In this document: in pieces, positions 36,450-45,705 of the stretch
Position numbering within the stretch: the first letter of the stretch is position 1
How the letters are laid out: each line of letters starts with the position of its first letter
Virus record (IMG/VR): IMGVR_UViG_3300024262_006558
Location: 1-64,000 of that record
DNA length: 64,000 nucleotides
Strand: one strand, 5' to 3'
Notes under the pieces: generated by a model
Told to the model about the DNA's origin: nothing
Databases searched by the model: none
What the model saw: only the letters and a program-made list of their open reading frames with translations
Made by a program: the position numbers and the translations under genes

Positions 36450-37094
36450 TTAATCTCTTTTTCCTCTTAAATAATTCAACCCTTCCTTATTACCCATGCT
36501 TCCTAATCTTGAGTTCATGAAGTTTAAAGCGGTTCTAGAGTTTTTCCCATAAGAAGCGTTATTGATTGTTCCTTGAGTTTCTCTATAAAGATTAGCAGCT
36601 TCTTTAGCCCCCATACTCCCCATTCTAGACTCTCTATATCTTAAAACATCGTTGATATTCTTTTGATTTGGATCTTCGTCATTCCCTGACCCTGGAGTAA
36701 ACCAATAATTAGAATCAAATGTTGACAAAGCGCCAACTCTCCAAGTTTTCATATTTAAAATACCATCCAATGCTATACCAATAATAAGTAAAGATAAAAT
36801 TGGGTAAAGGAAATATCCTAAGTCTCCAGAAGCATTTATAATATAAGCTGAAAATTCATTGTTGAATAATACCAAAAATACTACAGGAGCGGTTTTCACC
36901 ACCCCCCTAAACAATCTCTGATAAGAAGTTTCTGCATGAGGTATAAATATCCAAGCAATAAACATCATTACAAGTCTAAATGGTAAAGTTAATAAGCTTA
37001 CGATACCGCCTTTGACTTTTTTGTTTCTTAGCTTTCTTTCTCTAGATTTGTTAAGATTACCAAGAATCCTATCTTTTATTTTGCTATCCTCCAT
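36450..37094 (-). CDS. Membrane protein with duplicated C-terminal motif
   Basis: Three hydrophobic segments; SRMGSMGAKEA / SRLGSMGNKEG repeat. Confidence 0.7.
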   Translation of the reverse strand: MEDSKIKDRILGNLNKSRERKLRNKKVKGGIVSLLTLPFRLVMMFIAWIFIPHAETSYQRLFRGVVKTAPVVFLVLFNNEFSAYIINASGDLGYFLYPILSLLIIGIALDGILNMKTWRVGALSTFDSNYWFTPGSGNDEDPNQKNINDVLRYRESRMGSMGAKEAANLYRETQGTINNASYGKNSRTALNFMNSRLGSMGNKEGLNYLRGKRD

Positions 37095-37119
37095 AATCTT
37101 TTTTAGTTAGTTCCTACTA

Positions 37120-38868
37120 CTATAACGTATTATCATCGAAAAAGGTTGCATCTTGCTTGCTTAATATTTTTCTAATCTCTTTTATCATAAAACTTTTTGC
37201 AAGTTTTTTAGCGTCTTCTGGAGATTTGTCTGGAGCCTTTTCCCCTTTTTCTTCAGGCTTAACTTCAGTATCATCCGCAATTTGAGTTACTCCTATGTAA
37301 TCTCTTATTGCCGTTAACATTCCTTTCTTAATGTTTGGATCCACTATATTAGTATAAATATTTTTCATGAATCCATTAAGATATGCAAGAGCTCTTTCTT
37401 CATCAGCGTCAAGATTTAAATCTTTACCACTTGGCTCTATTGGAGATCCCAAAAAAACCATCTTTAACCACTTGTACTGTTCAGGGTAAGCTTCTATTTG
37501 AATAGGTTGCGCCGTTTCATGTAGTTGATCCCCTATTGAGCTCTTTAACACTTTTAAATTATTCTCTAATCTATTTTTACCAGCGTTTACATCACTTTTA
37601 AACGTTTTGAAAAACTCTCTCGCCTCTTTAGATGCGTCTGGTATATTTACTTTAAACTTAGAAATCCTATTGTCTTGAAGCGTCTTAACAAACTCAGGCA
37701 ATTTAAATTCATCTCTTGAAATCGAGAAAATCTTTGGTTCTCTAGCTGTTTCAACCTCTTTGTCATAATCAGTAGCAATCGATACTGATTTTACTTTACT
37801 AACATTTACGAATGGCAACACTAATGGTTTACCTGGGGCTATTAGCGTGTTGCTCCATTGAGACCTCATCTCTGACCACTTCATAGGGAACTTTCCCCCG
37901 CCATCACCTTCTATTAATAGCTCGAATAAGAATCCACTACTTCTACCATCCATTCTCTTGAGAACTTTTATAGGGTAATTTAACCCTTCTGAAGACACTA
38001 TTTTTATTATACTTCCAGATCTCACTTGAGTTATATGAAATGCTTCACCTTGCTCTCCTATAATAACATCAGAAAGCCCTAATATGCCTCCCCAGCTACC
38101 ATCCGACTCATAAGGGAAAAGCCCGTTAATAAAATTGGTCGGACTAACTTTAAATGAAGTGTTCTTGGATTTAAACTCACCCCCATTAAATGTTCCCCCT
38201 AAAAATTGAGCATCACTTCCATCTTTTGACGAAACGAATTTTACCCCTCTGAATTCTCCATCCATCCACTTTCCAGTGAAAGCAAGTACTTGCTCAGTTT
38301 TAAAATCTATTGTAATTGCTTCTGCTATAAACTTAGATTCAGCTAACCAATTAAGCTTTCCAGTCTTCCAGTCATAATTTTTACTTTCAGACATGCCAGC
38401 TAATACAGTTATCTTTCTTGCTGGATTTTTTCCAGCAATCAAATAAGTTCCATCCCCATTCTTTTGTATACCTAAAGTATACCCTCCGCTTTCTTGAGAT
38501 TCTGAATCTACCTCTTCCTGATCAGGATTGGAATTCATATTATCAGAAGCTTTCTTAAGTTTATCAGCCTGTTCTACAGCGTCAATAATCTCCTTAGTTT
38601 CTTTATATTGTAGATCTGTCATCTCAGACTTGTATAGCTCCAACTCCTGTTTAGCTGCAGCTATATCACCACTCATAGCTTGAGTGATCTTAGCACGTAT
38701 TGTATTGCTTATTGCTTTAAATGTAGGAGAATTAAGAGCATCCTTGATGGACTTCCTGTAGGAATTAAACTTAGACTTGATATCTTTGAGAGATAATTCA
38801 TCTATCCTATCAAAAGATTTGTTGTTTTTTTGTTCTATATTTTTGAATTCTTCGAAGAAATCGTGCAT
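37120..38868 (-). CDS. Hypothetical (probable virion) protein
   Basis: 582 aa; TATTTATA upstream; W.DGEF.G / F.GGTFNGGEF short repeats. Confidence 0.7.
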   Translation of the reverse strand: MHDFFEEFKNIEQKNNKSFDRIDELSLKDIKSKFNSYRKSIKDALNSPTFKAISNTIRAKITQAMSGDIAAAKQELELYKSEMTDLQYKETKEIIDAVEQADKLKKASDNMNSNPDQEEVDSESQESGGYTLGIQKNGDGTYLIAGKNPARKITVLAGMSESKNYDWKTGKLNWLAESKFIAEAITIDFKTEQVLAFTGKWMDGEFRGVKFVSSKDGSDAQFLGGTFNGGEFKSKNTSFKVSPTNFINGLFPYESDGSWGGILGLSDVIIGEQGEAFHITQVRSGSIIKIVSSEGLNYPIKVLKRMDGRSSGFLFELLIEGDGGGKFPMKWSEMRSQWSNTLIAPGKPLVLPFVNVSKVKSVSIATDYDKEVETAREPKIFSISRDEFKLPEFVKTLQDNRISKFKVNIPDASKEAREFFKTFKSDVNAGKNRLENNLKVLKSSIGDQLHETAQPIQIEAYPEQYKWLKMVFLGSPIEPSGKDLNLDADEERALAYLNGFMKNIYTNIVDPNIKKGMLTAIRDYIGVTQIADDTEVKPEEKGEKAPDKSPEDAKKLAKSFMIKEIRKILSKQDATFFDDNTL

Positions 38869-38884
38869 GTCTGTTCGCTTTCTT

Positions 38885-38892
38885 TATAAATA
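38885..38892 (-). promoter_or_regulatory. Putative late promoter motif TATTTATA
   Basis: 16 nt upstream of ATG 38868. Confidence 0.55.
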
Positions 38893-38908
38893 GTCGAAAA
38901 AGATTAGA

Positions 38909-39892
38909 TTACCTTCCCGACTTGGAGTTTGTTTTAGCTCTTTGAGCTGCAGCGTCTTCTGCTTTTCTTTTCTTCTCAAACTCTTCTTGCAATCTTTGAA
39001 GATACCATTTTCTATCACTTATAGACATATTCATAGCTTCATGATATGATATTCCATTTTGACTATAATGGCTTGCTAAAAAGCATTCTTCTTTAATGTT
39101 TTTTAAATGAGACTCTGGAAGCTTCAAGAAATCATTACTAATACCAAACTTATGCATTGATTCATGTGAGCAAACTGGGCAGTTGAATTGTATATTATTT
39201 TCTACTCCTAACTCAGTTTCTGAAAAGAATTTTCTTGCTCTATTGAAATCCATAAGGTTCATTGCGTTAAACGCTGCTCTTATGTACTTCTTGCTTTCTA
39301 TCCCTCCGAAAGACTCTACTGAATCCACTAATTTTCTCCTAAAAACACTCTTACCCTCTTCTTGTTCAATTCCCTGGTACTTTAATTCATCCCTCAATGT
39401 TAAAGGCCTGATTTTAATAGGTATAACTTTCTTGTTATCAATTTCTTCAACTGATGGAATTAGTCCCATACTATTATACTGAGCTCTAGATGGTATATGT
39501 AAAGTGTACAGCCCATCTTTAGGGTCAAGCTTAGATTCTTTAAAGTTCAAAGAAGATAATCTAACTGGCCACTCTGTTTTATGTCCACAACTCTCACAAG
39601 TAACATTAAGCTTTAGTTCATCTCCCCAGGCTGTAGAATATAAAAACATTAATATACCTTGAAAATCTGGTATCACAAAGTCTAGCGGATCTATATCACT
39701 GTCTATAATCACACTATTCAAAACCATCTCCATAGCTTTACCTGATTTATTCAGGAAATAACTAGTCAATACTTTTTCCTCAACTCCAGTAAGATACTTA
39801 ATCATGATAGAAGAAGTTCCTCCTGAGTAGAATTTACCTTGAGAAGGTAAGTTGACTATATCAAATTCTCTTGAGTCTATTGAGTGTTTCAT
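38909..39892 (-). CDS. T4 gp26-like baseplate/tail assembly chaperone with C-terminal extension
   Basis: VNLPSQGKFY, IKYLTGVEE, CESCG...CPVC; C-terminal GISYHEAMNMSISDRKWYLQRL. Confidence 0.78.
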   Translation of the reverse strand: MKHSIDSREFDIVNLPSQGKFYSGGTSSIMIKYLTGVEEKVLTSYFLNKSGKAMEMVLNSVIIDSDIDPLDFVIPDFQGILMFLYSTAWGDELKLNVTCESCGHKTEWPVRLSSLNFKESKLDPKDGLYTLHIPSRAQYNSMGLIPSVEEIDNKKVIPIKIRPLTLRDELKYQGIEQEEGKSVFRRKLVDSVESFGGIESKKYIRAAFNAMNLMDFNRARKFFSETELGVENNIQFNCPVCSHESMHKFGISNDFLKLPESHLKNIKEECFLASHYSQNGISYHEAMNMSISDRKWYLQRLQEEFEKKRKAEDAAAQRAKTNSKSGR

Positions 39893-39896
39893 AGTG

Positions 39897-39922
39897 AAAA
39901 AAATAGGGGCGCTAAGGCCCCT
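39897..39922 (-). terminator. Intrinsic terminator between the two gp26-like genes
   Basis: AGGGGC-GCTAAG-GCCCCT stem, T tract on minus strand. Confidence 0.65.
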
Positions 39923-39935
39923 TATTAAATTGGTA

Positions 39936-40913
39936 TTATAAATCTACATCTGGGTAGAATAGTTTAACTGGATTTGGAGAGATCTCCTGATCATAAACAT
40001 GACCACAGTGTTCGCACTCTACTTGAGCTGTGTAATCTAAACCTGGCTCGATAATTTTCATATATTCTCTAAGAGCAATTGAATCTCTCATAGGCATAGC
40101 ATGTACCAGCTTTCTAATATAAGTCTTATCTCTATTGCCATCCACTTCCATTATTTGTCTAGTGAATCTGTCGGTAACATATCTGTTCACCTTGACACCA
40201 CCCTTAGTTGGCATTGGCTTAGACTTACCAAGAACTTTTTCATCTTGACCTGTCATCAATCTTACTTTGATAGTTTTCTTAAGCAATGGTAAAGGAAATT
40301 CAAATTCACCTCTTTCATCTGGCATAGCCGTTAACTCCTTAGTTTGGAAATCGCTCAAATTAACTGTAGGCTCATGGTCTTCACCACAAGATGGACAATT
40401 CATAACGCCTGGCTTGAATTCGTCGCCTAACCCAGTTCTTCTTAGTTCAAGTAAGATTGCATTTCTGTCAGCAATCAATAAGTCATCTAAAGGAAGCTCT
40501 GAAGCCGTAACTCCTTGTTGCAATAAAATATCTAAAACTCTACCGCTTTTAATTAGATCTGGAGAATATAAAATATCATCCTCTGTAGCGGTTAAATATT
40601 TAATAACTACAAACGCTTGATTGTTTTCATAAAAAAGACCTTTTGAAGGTAACGCTACTTGTTCCGTTGGTATCTCAAACTCACGATCGATATACTGATC
40701 TGGAACTTGATTACTCATTTGATTCGTAGATGGAGCTGGGCTTGGAGCTTGAGCTGGAGGGGTGATGTTAACTTTTTGTTGACCCGCCTCGCCTTGCATG
40801 CTTTTCATTTCCTGTTGGAAAGCTTGCATCTCTGCTTTAGCCGCTTCTCTTGAAGCTGCTTCAAGAGCCGCTTCATCATCTTGTATTAATACTTTCTTGT
40901 TGTCATCTGCCAT
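39936..40913 (-). CDS. T4 gp26-like baseplate/tail assembly chaperone
   Basis: VALPSKGLFY, IKYLTATEDDIL, DRNAILLELR, CPSCG, FPLP, RLMTGQDE, MPMRDS, CEHCG. Confidence 0.82.
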   Translation of the reverse strand: MADDNKKVLIQDDEAALEAASREAAKAEMQAFQQEMKSMQGEAGQQKVNITPPAQAPSPAPSTNQMSNQVPDQYIDREFEIPTEQVALPSKGLFYENNQAFVVIKYLTATEDDILYSPDLIKSGRVLDILLQQGVTASELPLDDLLIADRNAILLELRRTGLGDEFKPGVMNCPSCGEDHEPTVNLSDFQTKELTAMPDERGEFEFPLPLLKKTIKVRLMTGQDEKVLGKSKPMPTKGGVKVNRYVTDRFTRQIMEVDGNRDKTYIRKLVHAMPMRDSIALREYMKIIEPGLDYTAQVECEHCGHVYDQEISPNPVKLFYPDVDL

Positions 40914-41002
40914 GATTATAGCTTTTATTTATTAAATCCTTTGCTAATAAATATAAGCTATAATTTTTCTGAAGTAAATAGAAAATGTTTTTTTGAATTC
41001 TG

Positions 41003-41893
41003 TTAGTTAGAAGTAAAAGATTGAGTTTGCGTTAAAGACTTAATATCTGTATTCTGATTATTCTGAGGCGTGTTAGCCAACTTCTCTTGTTCAGCTTTTT
41101 GGTCTTCTAAATCTTTTTCCATTTGAGTTATTTGTTCCAACTCTTCTTCAGCTTGATCAAACTGAGCTTTTTTAGCTCTCTTCTCTTCTGGCTGCTCTGA
41201 AGGAACTACATCCTTAACTCTCTTAAGAAACTTAACCTTCTCTTCCGTATTGCCTTTCATATTATCAAGACTCACTTCCATGTCAGTGAAATAAGCTTCT
41301 ATTTCTTCCTGTATTATTTTATGAATCTCATTCACTGAGTTATCTTTTTCTTCTGAAAAATCCTCTACTTTAGTTATTGAAATCTGGTCATTAAACCACG
41401 CTATGTATATCCTTTGATTTCCTCCCCAATTTGGATCTTTAGCCACAATGCTATCATAGCCAAACTTATCCCTCATCATAGTATAGAATTCATTGATGTT
41501 ATAAGGAGAGCTTCTGAAAATTTCATTAATAACATCAATGTCATCCTCATTGTTTTCATCCAATACCCTAGCTGATGTATCTAAAACTGATTCATACCCT
41601 TCATAGCTTACATCCCCATAATTAGAAAGAAATCCATCACCGCTTTCATCAAACACTCTAAGCATTTCTACTATGTCATCGTACTTAAGAATTCTCTTTC
41701 CAATAAAGAATGGCTTATTAAAAGTTAGATTTACTTGATAAAGAAAACCTCCATTGGCATATCCTTTTGCTATATTGTAATCGCTGGTAAAATAGAAACC
41801 ATAACCTTCCATAGTAGCATTAGCTCCTATCTTTTCATAATCCCATTTATCGAGTTTATGAGGTCCTCCGTGATATGCTTTAATTTGTGTCAT
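41003..41893 (-). CDS. ADP-ribosyltransferase-like (ART-PolyVal-like) domain protein with acidic C-terminal tail
   Basis: AYHG...EGYGFYFT...AKGYA...LYQVNL...KFGYDSIV...DQI pattern. Confidence 0.6.
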   Translation of the reverse strand: MTQIKAYHGGPHKLDKWDYEKIGANATMEGYGFYFTSDYNIAKGYANGGFLYQVNLTFNKPFFIGKRILKYDDIVEMLRVFDESGDGFLSNYGDVSYEGYESVLDTSARVLDENNEDDIDVINEIFRSSPYNINEFYTMMRDKFGYDSIVAKDPNWGGNQRIYIAWFNDQISITKVEDFSEEKDNSVNEIHKIIQEEIEAYFTDMEVSLDNMKGNTEEKVKFLKRVKDVVPSEQPEEKRAKKAQFDQAEEELEQITQMEKDLEDQKAEQEKLANTPQNNQNTDIKSLTQTQSFTSN

Positions 41894-42369
41894 TATTTTA
41901 ATAGTCTTGTAAAACGTTTTTTTTGAACTTCGTAATCCTTTTTGAGGTCAGATTCCCATACTCTATAAAGGGTGTATCCCATACCTTCAGCTAATCTATC
42001 TTTATATTTATCATTTCTAACAATCCTTTCCTGCATTCTACTTCTCTTAGTATACTGTTCTGGATTTGCATGAAAGTAATCACCATCAACTTCTACTAGT
42101 ATATGTTTAGATGGGATATAATAGTCATATATTTTAGTTTTTAAAACTTTTTGAGGTATAAATTCAACACCTATTTCTCCTAGTAGCTCCTCAAACCTTT
42201 GCTCTGGCCATGTTTTATCCTTCACCATTCTAGCCGCCTGAGCTTCAACATATTTTTGCTTCTCAAGAGGTGTTCGCTTTCTTCTCCTAGCTGACTTTTT
42301 AACCTTTTTTAAAAGACTGTTTACTTTCTTGCTTCTTTTTTTCATCCCCCTTTTAGTTAGACAATTCAT
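41893..42369 (-). CDS. DUF559/Vsr-like endonuclease
   Basis: PEQRF...YDYYIPSKHILVEVDGDYFH...DKYKD...GYTLYRVWESD. Confidence 0.85.
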   Translation of the reverse strand: MNCLTKRGMKKRSKKVNSLLKKVKKSARRRKRTPLEKQKYVEAQAARMVKDKTWPEQRFEELLGEIGVEFIPQKVLKTKIYDYYIPSKHILVEVDGDYFHANPEQYTKRSRMQERIVRNDKYKDRLAEGMGYTLYRVWESDLKKDYEVQKKRFTRLLK

Positions 42370-43303
42370 AGAATTGGTCTAAAACTTGAGGAAGAGTTGC
42401 TATTATTTTACTTGATATAACTTCAGGATTAGCTTTAACTAATAATTCTAAAAGTTCTGACGAATCCAATTCATCTACTGAGCTTATTCCCTGTTCTTCC
42501 GCAAGATTTACTATAGCGATACCCGACCCTATAGCCATCAACCCTATTATGCTACCATATATGTTAGTGGAAATTATCTCTATATCACTATCATTTTTTT
42601 CTGGAGCATGCTTTTGTATCATTTGAGATATAATTGTTTTGTACACAGTGTGCCACTGATGACCTAGCTCTTCAAAAACGTAAGAGATTCTATTTAAATA
42701 CTTAGAATCTAATTTGTCTTTCAATAATGAACAAGCTCTCGCTGCCGACTGCTCTATTTCAGATGCCGTCAATGCTGTGCTTGCCGCCATAGCCCCAATA
42801 CTTTCTTCAACTATCTCTTTTTTAGATTCACCAAGTATGCTAGATTTCATTTCTTTGATAAAAGAATTTGGAGCGCACTTCTTTACTAGTTTATATATTT
42901 CTGGAGTCATAGCATCGCTTACCCCTTGAAAATCTGGCTCATTTAAACCCATCATATAGTTACCCGCCCAATCTTTAATAGCTTCAGCTATTTGATTTGG
43001 ATCATCACCATATTCACACTCAGAAACAAAAGTGCTAAAAGCTCCCCCTCCTCTACCGCCTACTTGCTCGTCTTCAACATACTCATTCAACTCAACGTTC
43101 TTGTTAAATTGTTCTAAGAATTCTGGTATCTTATTAATTACTGATTTTAATATACCTTCAAGACTTTCTTCAGCTCTATCTTTTAATTGCCTAGCCTCAT
43201 CTTCTGTTATTAGATTACTCACCTTAACATTAAATATATCCTCACTAATTAGACCAGTGACAAACTGAAGCTTTATGTACTCCTTTGTTAATTTGTTAAT
43301 CAT
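42353..43303 (-). CDS. Hypothetical (probable virion) protein
   Basis: 316-aa acidic ORF; N-terminus related in style to next gene (GLISED / GVISEQ). Confidence 0.7.
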   Translation of the reverse strand: MINKLTKEYIKLQFVTGLISEDIFNVKVSNLITEDEARQLKDRAEESLEGILKSVINKIPEFLEQFNKNVELNEYVEDEQVGGRGGGAFSTFVSECEYGDDPNQIAEAIKDWAGNYMMGLNEPDFQGVSDAMTPEIYKLVKKCAPNSFIKEMKSSILGESKKEIVEESIGAMAASTALTASEIEQSAARACSLLKDKLDSKYLNRISYVFEELGHQWHTVYKTIISQMIQKHAPEKNDSDIEIISTNIYGSIIGLMAIGSGIAIVNLAEEQGISSVDELDSSELLELLVKANPEVISSKIIATLPQVLDQFYELSN

Positions 43304-43307
43304 AAAA

Positions 43308-44054
43308 TTAAGCGAATCCTATTTTTTCCAAAACAGCTGGTAACACTTTTCTTACATAACCTGCTATCTCAGTGCCTTTTACTGCTTCTAAAGCTCCAGG
43401 AGCTGTTACTCCAGCAACAAACAATAAACCAACTACCCCCATCATCATTGCCTCCGCTGCTTTATGTACTTGATCGTCTGACGCGCTTGGCATAAAAGGT
43501 TTAAGAATCTTCTCAAATACGTGAATGTATTTGTGATGTATACCTTCTCCAACTTTAGCTATTTTTCCACCAACATTCTGAATTACTTGCGAATTGGCTT
43601 TTTTTCCTACCCAAGACAAAGCCTTACCTCCAAACTGTAAAATAGCTGGAGCGGAAACAACTAAACCTAATACGCCTCCCTCTTCCAAATTATGAGCGTA
43701 AACTTGTTCATTAAAAGTTATCTCATTAACCTGTTGAGATTGAGTATTGGCTGCTGGAGCTGTATTGTCATAATTTCCTGGAGAATCTAAAACCCCATCT
43801 TTATCCCCTATTTTGGCGGTAGAGTTTTTTATAATATTACCCAAATCTTTTGAGATAATATTCATAGCGTCAGACATTGTCTTTTCTATCTTGGCTATGT
43901 CAGGGTTTGCAGCTGATTGTTGCTCTCCGCTTGTTGCAGGATCAACGCTTGACTCCATCTCCAATTCTTCCAATGATTGCTTATATTGCTGCTCGGATAT
44001 TACTCCAACCAACCTTTCATTTCGTAATGTTTGCTCTTTTAGTAGCTTGCTCAT
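43308..44054 (-). CDS. Hypothetical (probable virion) protein
   Basis: TATTTATA upstream; hydrophobic C-terminal helices. Confidence 0.7.
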   Translation of the reverse strand: MSKLLKEQTLRNERLVGVISEQQYKQSLEELEMESSVDPATSGEQQSAANPDIAKIEKTMSDAMNIISKDLGNIIKNSTAKIGDKDGVLDSPGNYDNTAPAANTQSQQVNEITFNEQVYAHNLEEGGVLGLVVSAPAILQFGGKALSWVGKKANSQVIQNVGGKIAKVGEGIHHKYIHVFEKILKPFMPSASDDQVHKAAEAMMMGVVGLLFVAGVTAPGALEAVKGTEIAGYVRKVLPAVLEKIGFA

Positions 44055-44073
44055 AATAAATGCTTTTATTTAT

Positions 44074-44081
44074 TATAAATA
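44074..44081 (-). promoter_or_regulatory. Putative late promoter motif TATTTATA
   Basis: 19 nt upstream of ATG 44054. Confidence 0.55.
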
Positions 44082-44115
44082 TTCCCTTTTTTTCATCGTT
44101 TAGCACAAATAATTA

Positions 44116-44123
44116 TATTTATA
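44116..44123 (+). promoter_or_regulatory. Putative late promoter motif TATTTATA (divergent)
   Basis: 30 nt upstream of ATG 44154. Confidence 0.5.
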
Positions 44124-44153
44124 TATATGTATATGTACAATACAATTATAAAC

Positions 44154-44558
44154 ATGATATTTCTTACTGCAAGTACTGGAGGTGCCGATATTTCGGTTGA
44201 TATTTGGCAAAGACTAGCTGATGCTGGGCTTGTGTTTTTAATAATGGGAGTAGGGCTGGTTCTTATTGGTAGATATTTAAAAACAAAGGACAAAATCATA
44301 CACGCAAAAGATGAACAGCTTATTGAGCTGAATACTTATGTTCGAGAAAATGATAAAAACAATCTAGTTGTCCTTTCTGAAGTAAATCATACTTTAGATA
44401 AAATAATAGAAACTCAAAAAGTTATTAGTGAAAGAACTATGGAGGGTCAAAAAATTAATGCCAAAATCGTAATTAAAGAGATCACCTCCCTAAAAGAGAC
44501 TATCGAGCTTAGAGTAGAAAATCTTTCTGACAAAATAGATAACAACAAAAAAAAGTAA
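44154..44558 (+). CDS. Holin-like protein (single N-terminal TMD plus coiled coil)
   Basis: Likely start ATG 44154; TMD LADAGLVFLIMGVGLVLIG followed by a charged helix; basic C-terminus. Confidence 0.5.
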   Translation: MIFLTASTGGADISVDIWQRLADAGLVFLIMGVGLVLIGRYLKTKDKIIHAKDEQLIELNTYVRENDKNNLVVLSEVNHTLDKIIETQKVISERTMEGQKINAKIVIKEITSLKETIELRVENLSDKIDNNKKK

Positions 44559-44560
44559 CA

Positions 44561-44953
44561 ATGGATACAGCCGCATCTACTAGAGATAAGTTGCAAAAAG
44601 TTAGGGAGCAAATCAACAAAAAATCCAAACAAATTCAGTTGTTTACTGAAAGCGGGATTGACACTATCCCCACTACGGATGATTGGCAACCTTTTAAAAA
44701 TATCTTAATTAAAACTATCTTAGAAGACTTTGACCAAGACACAGTTTTGCTTACTAAAGGTTCTAAAGGTTCAATTCTTGAGAAACATCACCATATCTCT
44801 ATAGAAGTTGTATATGTATTAACTGGTAGAGTCTCAGAAAACTGTAGCAACACAATATTATCCAAGGGGGGAGTTATAACTATCCCAGCTGGAGTCAATC
44901 ATGAGTTCGAATTCATAGAAGACTCTACTATACTTGTACACTGGATCGATTAA
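44561..44953 (+). CDS. Cupin-domain protein
   Basis: KHHHISIEVVYVLTGRV ... GGVITIPAGVNHEF cupin motifs 1 and 2. Confidence 0.8.
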   Translation: MDTAASTRDKLQKVREQINKKSKQIQLFTESGIDTIPTTDDWQPFKNILIKTILEDFDQDTVLLTKGSKGSILEKHHHISIEVVYVLTGRVSENCSNTILSKGGVITIPAGVNHEFEFIEDSTILVHWID

Positions 44954-45408
44954 GGCTTAAGAAAAGCTTGAGCCGATTTACCGCTCGCTAATTCATCAAC
45001 TCTATTATTAAAAGGATTAGTGGAATGCCCTTTCACGTGAGTAAAAGTGCAATTATGTTTTTCCACTAAAGAGCTCATCTCTTGCCACAAATCTTTATTT
45101 ATTACAGGCTTCTTAGCGCTGTTTATCCACCCCTTTCTTATCCATCCAGATATCCATCCCTGATTCATGCAGTTAACCACGTATGCGCTGTCAGACTTTA
45201 TTTCAATAACGGATCCAGGAGATCCGTTAAAATGTTTAAGTCCCTCTATGACGGCTAACATTTCCATCCTATTATTAGTAGTTGTTGCTGATTCACCCCC
45301 TGAAGATTCGTGTATAATTTCCTCAGCTTCATTTAAAACTAAGAACGCCCATCCACCTGGACCTGGATTACCTTTACAGGCTCCATCTGTATAAATTGTA
45401 TGTTTCAT
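44950..45408 (-). CDS. rnhA: Ribonuclease HI
   Basis: IYTDGACKGNPGPGGW, TTNNRMEM, SDSAYV, NKDLW, VKGHS, NNRVDELA. Confidence 0.96.
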   Translation of the reverse strand: MKHTIYTDGACKGNPGPGGWAFLVLNEAEEIIHESSGGESATTTNNRMEMLAVIEGLKHFNGSPGSVIEIKSDSAYVVNCMNQGWISGWIRKGWINSAKKPVINKDLWQEMSSLVEKHNCTFTHVKGHSTNPFNNRVDELASGKSAQAFLKP

Positions 45409-45417
45409 AATATCTTT

Positions 45418-45705
45418 TTAAAATCTTAATGATAAGTTTATTTGACCTTTTTCTAATAGCTTGCGTCTTTCAATTCGCAATCTACTTATACATGCTGCGC
45501 ATATATGATAGTTTTCTGAATTAGTTAATTCTTCAAAGATCTCAAAGAAACCCCCTTCGCTAGCAAGGCAATGATCGCAACTTTGGAAGTAGTCTCTAGT
45601 ACTGGAATTCGTATAACTATACGGAGATCTAGTGCTTAAGTGAGCTATATCCTTTAAGTTTCTAATTCTTCTTGGGTCGAAATAAAATAGCTTTCTTTGC
45701 CCCAT
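45418..45705 (-). CDS. Hypothetical protein with CxxC...CxxC
   Basis: TAATG stop-start overlap with DnaE-C. Confidence 0.65.
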   Translation of the reverse strand: MGQRKLFYFDPRRIRNLKDIAHLSTRSPYSYTNSSTRDYFQSCDHCLASEGGFFEIFEELTNSENYHICAACISRLRIERRKLLEKGQINLSLRF

